This document shows positions 1-4,128 of a stretch of DNA of 4,128 nt, in pieces (position 1 is the first letter of the stretch; each line of letters begins with the position of its first letter). A program made the translations under genes and the position numbers. This DNA is from Naegleria gruberi. Lineage: Eukaryota. The stretch lies in the NCBI GenBank assembly GCA_000004985.1, contig GG739197.1; one strand, 5' to 3'. Below the pieces are notes generated by a model that did not search any database, was not told the origin of the DNA, and saw only the letters and a program-made list of their open reading frames with translations.

Positions 1-209
1 TAATACTTTTTACATGTGGAAAGTGTTCTATCATCATGCTCCTCTCCGACGTGATAACTAGCCGTACCACAAGAATCAACAATGAAATCAACTTTTGCCT
101 TCTTTTCCTTTATCAAAGCCAACATGACAATCTCTGCCATTGGTGACCGACAAATATTTCCGAGACAAACAAAACATACAGAACAATTCTTCCCTGATTG
201 AGCTGACAT
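1..209 (-). CDS. LTP1: Low-molecular-weight phosphotyrosine protein phosphatase (LMW-PTP), N-terminal 69 codons; the rest of the gene runs off the left edge of the window
   Basis: Hand translation of the reverse complement from ATG at 207-209 gives MSAQSGKNCSVCFVCLGNICRSPMAEIVMLALIKEKKAKVDFIVDSCGTASYHVGEEHDDRTLSTCKKY. It contains the LMW-PTP catalytic P-loop V-C-L-G-N-I-C-R-S (CX5R-S) and the downstream D-S-x-G-T-x-x-Y-H-x-G motif. It also has a yeast-like A-rich context before the ATG (caatacataaaaaATG on the minus strand). It is missing from the ORF track only because no stop codon falls inside the window. Confidence 0.85.
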   Translation of the reverse strand, partial: MSAQSGKNCSVCFVCLGNICRSPMAEIVMLALIKEKKAKVDFIVDSCGTASYHVGEEHDDRTLSTCKKY

Positions 210-337
210 TTTTTATGTATTGTTTTTTCAATTTTCTTTGTTATATACAAAAGCAATTAGATAATATTGAAGGCAAGCCAAGTTTCGTCCTTTGCATTTT
301 GGATTTGTTTTGGAAATAGACATAGTTCGTTCCGTTA

Positions 338-358
338 GCATTGTTTTTGGCATTGTTT
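338..358 (-). promoter_or_regulatory. Direct repeat GCATTGTTT x2 (338-346 and 350-358): HMG-box / Rox1-type ATTGTT cores about 130-150 bp upstream of the LTP1-like ATG
   Basis: agcattgtttttggcattgtttaaag was read directly. YYYATTGTT is the core of the yeast Rox1/Rfg1 hypoxic-repressor site. The functional assignment is only an inference. Confidence 0.2.
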
Positions 359-480
359 AAAGAAATATAGAATAGTTTCAAAATCAAAATTTCACTCTCA
401 TTTATATTATATACAATCTTAGTATCTTTGAGTTTACAATTAATACTCTTAAATTACAATTTCAAAGCTGGATATCAAAA

Positions 481-795
481 TTATTGAATGGAACATTCCT
501 TCTTTTCACCTTCCTGAGGAGCAGTCTCTGATGAGGCTGCAGCAACATCGGATGCACCCTCAAACTCTCCAACTATATACTTTTGCATGTCACTCTTAGC
601 ACTACTTCCATGACCAGCATCATTGAAGGCCTTTGTGCCATCTTTACCAGCCCATTCGAGAATGACATCTTCACCACCCGGATGTTCATCCTTATACGTT
701 CCAAAGGCTACAACCTTTCCCGAGATAATAATCCAAGGATCTTGATGATTTGGACCATGTTCTTCAACTTCAGAGAGTGCAATGTTTCTCACCAT
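481..795 (-). CDS. Cytochrome b5-like heme-binding protein, 104 aa, soluble form with an acidic C-terminal tail and no hydrophobic membrane anchor
   Basis: ATG at 793-795 (minus strand) and TAA at 481-483. The product is MVRNIALSEVEEHGPNHQDPWIIISGKVVAFGTYKDEHPGGEDVILEWAGKDGTKAFNDAGHGSSA... It carries the cytochrome b5 signature HPGGE plus the second axial His in AGHG. It is close to the yeast CYB5 N-terminal pattern (EVxEHNGP..WIII.gKVYDv..FkDEHPGG). The C-terminus GASDVAAASSETAPQEGEKKECSIQ is polar and lacks any transmembrane segment. The context before the ATG is A-rich. Confidence 0.85.
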   Translation of the reverse strand: MVRNIALSEVEEHGPNHQDPWIIISGKVVAFGTYKDEHPGGEDVILEWAGKDGTKAFNDAGHGSSAKSDMQKYIVGEFEGASDVAAASSETAPQEGEKKECSIQ

Positions 796-992
796 TTTGT
801 ATGTTTCTATATTATTGTTGTTTTGTTTTTTTCAAATTGTTGTTTTACTGTCTTGTATCCAAAGCTGACAAATTTATTCTCCAAATAGATCTAAATGATG
901 AGGAGTATTGGGAGAATGGGGTAATATTGGATTCTGAATATGTACAAATGGGAGTTTTTTACTGGGAATAAGGACGTTAGAGATTCGAATCT

Positions 993-999
993 ATATAAT
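993..999 (-). promoter_or_regulatory. Candidate TATA box (TATATAA) about 200 bp upstream of the cytochrome b5 ATG
   Basis: ctatataatt is at 991-1000 and is the only canonical TATAWAW in the 796-1100 interval. The assignment rests on position alone. Confidence 0.2.
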
Positions 1000-1291
1000 T
1001 ATGTTGAAAATAATTACTGCTCTGATGGAATGGATAATGCATGTTATGAATTGATTAATAAATAGAAGAAGTTGTAATACAAGTACCAGAACAAACACTT
1101 GAATCTAAAGAGGACTCTCAAGTAAAGAAGCAAGGAAGAAAACGAAAGAATATATGAACTAACATTGTAAATAAACAATGAGTTGCTCTTTCGTCCTTTC
1201 TTGGAAAGGTTGGTTAAGTATTCAGAGTTCTTTAAAGATCTAAAACAGTCAGTAAAAGATGTTTAAAAATTAATACTTTTATTAATATCGT

Positions 1292-2101
1292 TCAATGTAG
1301 ATTTTCAAGTATCTCAAATAAAATCACTAAATTTGATCTGACTGAGAAATGCGGTATGTGGTTGCCAAATTTTTTGTAATAACTTGGCGGATTTTTCATT
1401 ATCCTTCTTTGGACATAAAATATAGTCTTCATTGAGTTCAAAGTGAGTCTCGTGCTTAACATATGTTCTGCAACTTCATTGATCTTCAACGTCTTGTCTT
1501 TCATACTTATAGCTCCGTTCAGAGATTCTCTAATATATTTTGATTCTTTGTTATTATAGTTGTTTTCCAAATGTGCAACAAGGTTTGTTTTAAATATCTC
1601 AGAACTATAATGAGTGTAAACAACTAAAATATCTTCTGGTTCAACAACTCCCATAATTAAATATCTAAAAGCTCTAGTTTGGGTATAGAACTCTGACTTA
1701 AATTTTGATTTGGCCTTCAGTGCCACACTTCTTTTATGTACAGCTGCAATTTGGACTTTATGGCTATTGTCATATTTAAACTCCCATCTCTTTGATATTT
1801 CATCAGTAGTGGTTCCAATGTATCTTAGAACTTCACCACCGAATCTAACAAAAGCACAGTAAATTATGTCATTACTCTTGTGCATATCAATTGCTTTTGC
1901 AAGTAAATTGAAATCCTTAATAATATTCTTGGGTTCTCGTTTCTCTTTTAACCAAGAAAACAATGGATTTGTAGTGGTGTTCAATTCACCAAGAGATTTG
2001 ATGAGGATGTTCAATTCTGGTTTGTTATCTTGACAATCCTTCGTCACTTTGTCAAAAGCAATTACTTTATCAGGATCCACTAATCTTGTAACTGATCGCA
2101 T
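1292..2101 (-). CDS. GIY-YIG superfamily nuclease-domain protein (T5orf172/MUG113-like core), 269 aa from the first in-frame ATG at 2099-2101. The ORF track extends to 2245 only because codon 1 there is TTG, which is not a eukaryotic start.
   Basis: This is a long uninterrupted minus-strand ORF with a TAA stop at 1292-1294. Track residues 126-230 (nt ~1556-1870) read DIIYCAFVRFGGEVLRYIGTTTDEISKRWEFKYDNSH...EPEDILVVYTHYSSEIFKTNLVAHLENNYN. That gives Tyr of 'IIY', then 12 residues, then 'YIG-T-T', then 'KRW' seven residues later, then an aromatic residue, then a Glu about 60 residues on and an Asn-rich 'ENNYN'. This is the spacing and residue set of the GIY-YIG catalytic core. Compare I-TevI, recalled from memory: GIYQIKNTLNNKVYVGSAKDFEKRWKRH ... 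ERENFWIKELNS..NGYN. The (K/R)-I-G-x-T-x-x-x-x-x-R-x-x-E shape is typical of the T5orf172/MUG113 subfamily that is widespread in fungi. No HMM or BLAST could be run. Confidence 0.5.
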   Translation of the reverse strand: MRSVTRLVDPDKVIAFDKVTKDCQDNKPELNILIKSLGELNTTTNPLFSWLKEKREPKNIIKDFNLLAKAIDMHKSNDIIYCAFVRFGGEVLRYIGTTTDEISKRWEFKYDNSHKVQIAAVHKRSVALKAKSKFKSEFYTQTRAFRYLIMGVVEPEDILVVYTHYSSEIFKTNLVAHLENNYNNKESKYIRESLNGAISMKDKTLKINEVAEHMLSTRLTLNSMKTIFYVQRRIMKNPPSYYKKFGNHIPHFSVRSNLVILFEILENLH

Positions 2102-2511
2102 GTAGTTCCCTCCTTTAATGGGATTCTTCTTGTAATGAATTGAGATGTTCTTCGTCAGATTTGAGAGTGAACTAGTATTGTTTAGAGAAAAAAAATGTCC
2201 CTTCTCCACGCCAAATAGACCAATTGAAGAACACCAACAAAGCAACCGAATATTTGCAAATGGCCAAGGTAAAAACTTTTCTATAGAATTTACATTTAAT
2301 GATGAATATACCCGCTAAATTATTTTGATGATAATTTTAACAATTTTTTCGTCAAATTTTAACGTATCAGATTGCAAAATTATGAAATAAAGTTTATTGA
2401 AAAATGTTAAAAATTGATGCTTAAAGCATAATAAAATCGTCAACAAGTGTTGGGAGAAAAATTCCAAATTAACGCGCAATTGACGTCAAGAATTATCGTC
2501 AATTCTTAATG

Positions 2512-2551
2512 ATTTATTATCAATTTTTGACGTCAAAAATTGATAATAAAT
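2512..2551. repeat. Perfect 40-bp palindrome (inverted repeat with no spacer) centred on the CRE/ATF octamer TGACGTCA (AatII site GACGTC)
   Basis: ATTTATTATCAATTTTTGAC|GTCAAAAATTGATAATAAAT was verified base by base. Position 2532+k is the complement of 2531-k for k=0..19, and the first mismatch is at k=20 (2511 g / 2552 t). Each arm contains AAAATTGATAATAAAT, which has GATAA and ATTGAT cores. Confidence 0.9.
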
Positions 2552-2571
2552 TGATAATGTTTTGTATCAAA

Positions 2572-2593
2572 TATTGATGAAAAAACATCAATA
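2572..2593. repeat. Hairpin-forming inverted repeat: 8-bp stem TATTGATG/CATCAATA around an A6 loop
   Basis: 2572-2579 tattgatg and 2586-2593 catcaata are exact reverse complements, with a loop aaaaaa at 2580-2585. It shares the ATTGAT core with the 40-bp palindrome arms. Confidence 0.8.
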
Positions 2594-2622
2594 ATTACGT
2601 CAAAAAATTCATAATAATTATT

Positions 2623-2635
2623 GTCAATTATTGAC
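2623..2635. repeat. 13-bp palindrome GTCAAT-t-ATTGAC
   Basis: 2623-2635 gtcaattattgac: the arms GTCAAT and ATTGAC are reverse complements around a single central T. It again combines the GTCAA and ATTGA cores seen throughout 2349-2640. Confidence 0.8.
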
Positions 2636-2970
2636 TAAATTCCAGCAATTATTTACTCCAAAATCTTGTAAAATTTCCAAGTTCCAAACTCATCTATTAT
2701 TAGATCCACTTCCATTCCAAATTTCAAACCGAAAAAAATATCTACACTCCTCATCCTCACTCCAACTGATGAAATATCACTCACCTCTTCAGTTACATTC
2801 AAAATTAATGATAATAAATCAAAATTACTTACATTGTTTTCTGTTCAAAATCTGTTGCTTGCATATAAATCGTGCTGTTTAGCACAAATTGAATTATAAC
2901 AAATTACCTAATTTCTTGTGATGAATAATTTTGATGATCCGTAGCAGGTAAAATCATATAATATAAAAAT

Positions 2971-3069
2971 AATACAACAAACCAATTTCGAAGAATAAAA
3001 TCTTTATAAATCCAACTAACAATAATTAAAAAATTAAGAAATTAAGAAATTTAAATACAACAAACCAAT
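2971..3069. repeat. 16-bp direct repeat AATACAACAAACCAAT present twice (2971-2986 and 3054-3069), each copy containing a CCAAT box
   Basis: An exact 16/16 match was read directly from the sequence, with 83 bp between starts. It lies in an A/C-rich tract that has no ORF. Confidence 0.7.
3031..3051. repeat. Short tandem repeat, 8-bp unit (ATTAAGAA), about 2.6 copies
   Basis: aaattaagaaattaagaaatt shows period-8 identity from 3031 to 3051, checked position by position. Confidence 0.6.
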
Positions 3070-3276
3070 AAACAATAAACTCCGCCAACAATTATTGTAT
3101 TAACAAATTAATGATACTATTCAATATTTAATGAGTGATCACTGATGATTTTAAATTGTAGTAAAAATAATGTTGTAGTACTAACCGACAGTTTTGTATG
3201 ATATGATGAGGGAGTTAATGTGTAGACATTTTTTTATTAAAAATAATTTCCGATTTAGTAACCCAACATTTTACAA

Positions 3277-3465
3277 TCAACATTCATCATCACTCATATC
3301 ATCAGTGGAATCCTCTTCAATGGTTTCTTCCTCACAAGAGGATGATCCAGAATCATTGTTTTCCTCTCTTTCTTTTCTCTTTTTTGAGGTGGTCTCCTCA
3401 AGTTCTGTCTTCTTCTTCTTCTTTACTGATTCATTTTGTTTTGCACCCTTCTGCAAATTCTGCAT
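3277..3465 (-). CDS. Possible small (62 aa) highly charged Lys/Glu/Ser/Asp-rich protein; it could equally be a low-complexity artefact
   Basis: It has a true ATG at 3463-3465 with caaaaATG context and TGA at 3277-3279. The product is MQNLQKGAKQNESVKKKKKTELEETTSKKRKEREENNDSGSSSCEEETIEEDSTDDMSDDEC, with a basic NLS-like stretch followed by an acidic Ser/Asp tail (CK2-like sites). It fully overlaps a plus-strand Ser-rich ORF (3194-3481) that looks less protein-like. Confidence 0.25.
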   Translation of the reverse strand: MQNLQKGAKQNESVKKKKKTELEETTSKKRKEREENNDSGSSSCEEETIEEDSTDDMSDDEC

Positions 3466-3588
3466 TTTTGAAACACTATAATGATTTAGTTGATGAGAAT
3501 GAAAGAATTAAGAAAGAATTGGCTAGATATAAACAGGCAGTCAAAATATGAATGAAATGATTAATCAAATGGTGAGCTGTTTAGATGA

Positions 3589-4117
3589 GTATCAAGATGT
3601 CTTTGCATAGGGAGACTCTATTGTGCATCAACCAAAGAAAATTCAAAATCTTTGAAACAAACTCGATACTCAATAAGAATACACCCTAAATATGATACAA
3701 TTAATCTTGCACCCTTTAGAGATATAGAGTATTGGAAAAATCACATTCAAAAAGGGAATTTTGATCAAGGGTTGAAATCAATTTCACCAATTTTGGATCA
3801 AGATTGGAATCCATCACCATCAGATATTTGTTGCTATGATTCAATGCATGTATTATATGAAGGAGTTTTCCAAGAAATGATGAAAATGATCCCTATTCAA
3901 TACTGGGAAAGATTTGACATTGTTTCTGAAACAAAAGTATCCATCATTCCTTCACAAGCATCCTAGAAAGACCACAAATGGCCAGATTTTGAACAGTCTA
4001 AAGGCAATTGAAATTTACATGATCTGTCATTATTATTTAGAGCTGTTTACGCATATCGAAGGATTTAAGGAAATAGAATCAAAGGTTGAAATATTCATAG
4101 ATTGCCTCTATAATTGA
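3589..4117 (+). pseudogene. Decayed transposase-like gene, possibly Transposase_21 / Tnp2 (CACTA, EnSpm, KDZ/Plavaka-type) family. It is an internal fragment with no ATG start, at least one frameshift near 3890-3966, and continues past the window end.
   Basis: Frame 1 is open from 3589 with no start codon; the track ORF at 3652 begins on TTG. It reads ...APFRDIEYWKNHIQKGNF...DICCYDSMHVLYEGVFQEMMKMI... Frame 2 is open from 3890 and reads ...SFLHKHPRKTTNGQILNSLKAIEIYMICHYYLELF... up to TGA at 4118. The EYWK ... D-x-M-H-x-x-x-E-G-V-x-x-x-M segment resembles the conserved (E)LPYWK ... LDVMHIEKNV block of Tnp2-family transposases as I recall it. The spacing differs and nothing was searched. Confidence 0.3.
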
Positions 4118-4128
4118 TAAGCTGACAG

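Larger units (their letters stand above)
2349..2603 (+). promoter_or_regulatory. Cluster of six same-orientation CGTCAA motifs, including two full palindromic TGACGTCA octamers and a TTACGTCA, in the 5' flank of the GIY-YIG ORF; candidate bZIP (ATF/CREB-type) site array or other protein-binding iterons
   Basis: TCGTCAA occurs at 2349-2355, 2447-2453 and 2496-2502. TTGACGTCAA is at 2480-2489, TGACGTCA at 2528-2535 and TTACGTCA at 2595-2602. A 6-mer with three or four G/C positions is expected much less than once in ~260 bp of ~70% AT sequence. The motifs are interleaved with TGATAAT/GATAA elements at ~2327, 2541, 2551 and with the reverse complement at ~2514. Confidence 0.35.

Noticed and set aside
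583-971. Plus-strand ORFs 583..888 and 750..971 from the six-frame track
   Set aside because: Both start on TTG (583-585 and 750-752) and lie antisense to the well-supported cytochrome b5 CDS. Their products (FYIIVVLFFSNCCF..., CFSPFCMFLYYCCFVFF...) are hydrophobic low-complexity strings typical of antisense read-through of an AT-rich gene.
979-995. tRNA-like T-loop sequence AGATTCGAATCT (12-bp palindrome containing TTCGAAT) at 981-992
   Set aside because: I tried to build a cloverleaf on either strand. The 5-bp T-stem does not pair (agaga versus ctata). No acceptor or anticodon arms and no B-box-compatible upstream A-box could be placed. It is probably a chance palindrome in the cytochrome b5 promoter region.
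1-1280. Exact 10-mer TAATACTTTT at 1-10 and 1271-1280 (near-copy at 441-450) as possible element boundaries
   Set aside because: The copies are direct and not inverted. One lies inside the LTP1 coding sequence. Length and composition (all A/T but one) make chance recurrence plausible in this base composition. Neither target-site duplications nor TIRs bound the interval.
2410-2543. AAAATTGA octamers (2410-2417, 2536-2543; reverse complement at 2520-2527 and 229-236) plus hairpin palindromes, reminiscent of the Mimivirus early-promoter motif and hairpin terminators
   Set aside because: Coding density here is far too low for a giant-virus genome (about 1.4 kb without genes). Flanking genes have yeast-like Kozak contexts. 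The 8-mer is only mildly over-represented for 70% AT DNA. Two of the hits are simply the arms of the 40-bp palindrome.
2631-2882. Plus-strand ORF 2631..2882 (83 aa)
   Set aside because: It starts on TTG, its product is low-complexity (repeated LQL/HS/KF) and has no recognisable motif. It sits in the G-depleted non-coding tract, so I treat it as a by-product of base-composition skew and not a gene.
3342-3551. Plus-strand ORF 3342..3551 (69 aa, real ATG)
   Set aside because: Its first two-thirds is the antisense of the acidic minus-strand ORF and reads as nonsense (FPLFLFSFLRWSPQVLSSSSS). Only the last ~23 residues look protein-like, and those are better explained as the first fragment of the frameshifted transposase-like relic.
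1-4128. CRISPR array, rRNA, mitochondrial or plastid origin
   Set aside because: No regularly spaced direct repeats of CRISPR size were found. There are no rRNA-like conserved blocks. The identified genes are nuclear-type, and all long ORFs are open under the standard code without needing TGA=Trp, which argues against yeast mitochondrial DNA.

Overview
This 4.1-kb window is about 70% A+T eukaryotic DNA and looks like a budding-yeast-type nuclear genome. The evidence is A-rich contexts before each ATG, uninterrupted ORFs and yeast-like cytochrome b5 and LTP1 homologues; the organism is not determinable from sequence alone. The left third carries two housekeeping genes on the minus strand, each identified by hand translation and textbook motifs. 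The first is the 5' part of a low-molecular-weight phosphotyrosine phosphatase (LTP1-like, complement <1..209). The second is a complete 104-aa soluble cytochrome b5-like protein (complement 481..795). The remaining ~2.8 kb looks accessory. It starts with a minus-strand ORF (complement 1292..2101 from the first ATG; the ORF track reaches 2245 only through a TTG). Its central ~100 residues carry the spacing and catalytic residues of a GIY-YIG nuclease core of the T5orf172/MUG113 and I-TevI type. Immediately upstream of that ORF is a ~350-bp block, described in three parts. The first is a perfect 40-bp palindrome at 2512..2551 centred on TGACGTCA. The second is six same-orientation CGTCAA motifs, including two full CRE/ATF octamers. 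The third is several further hairpins and GATAA elements built on ATTGAT. Next comes a ~500-bp strand-asymmetric, G-depleted tract with no credible ORF. After it lies a low-complexity Ser/acidic segment holding a possible 62-aa acidic micro-ORF. The window ends with a string of protein-like ORF fragments in three different + frames (3484..4117). Their motifs resemble the Transposase_21 (Tnp2/CACTA/KDZ) family, so I read them as a frameshifted transposase relic. Several plus-strand ORFs in the supplied track start on TTG and lie antisense to better genes, and I reject them. I found no rRNA, tRNA or CRISPR. All family assignments rest on motif recall, not database searches.
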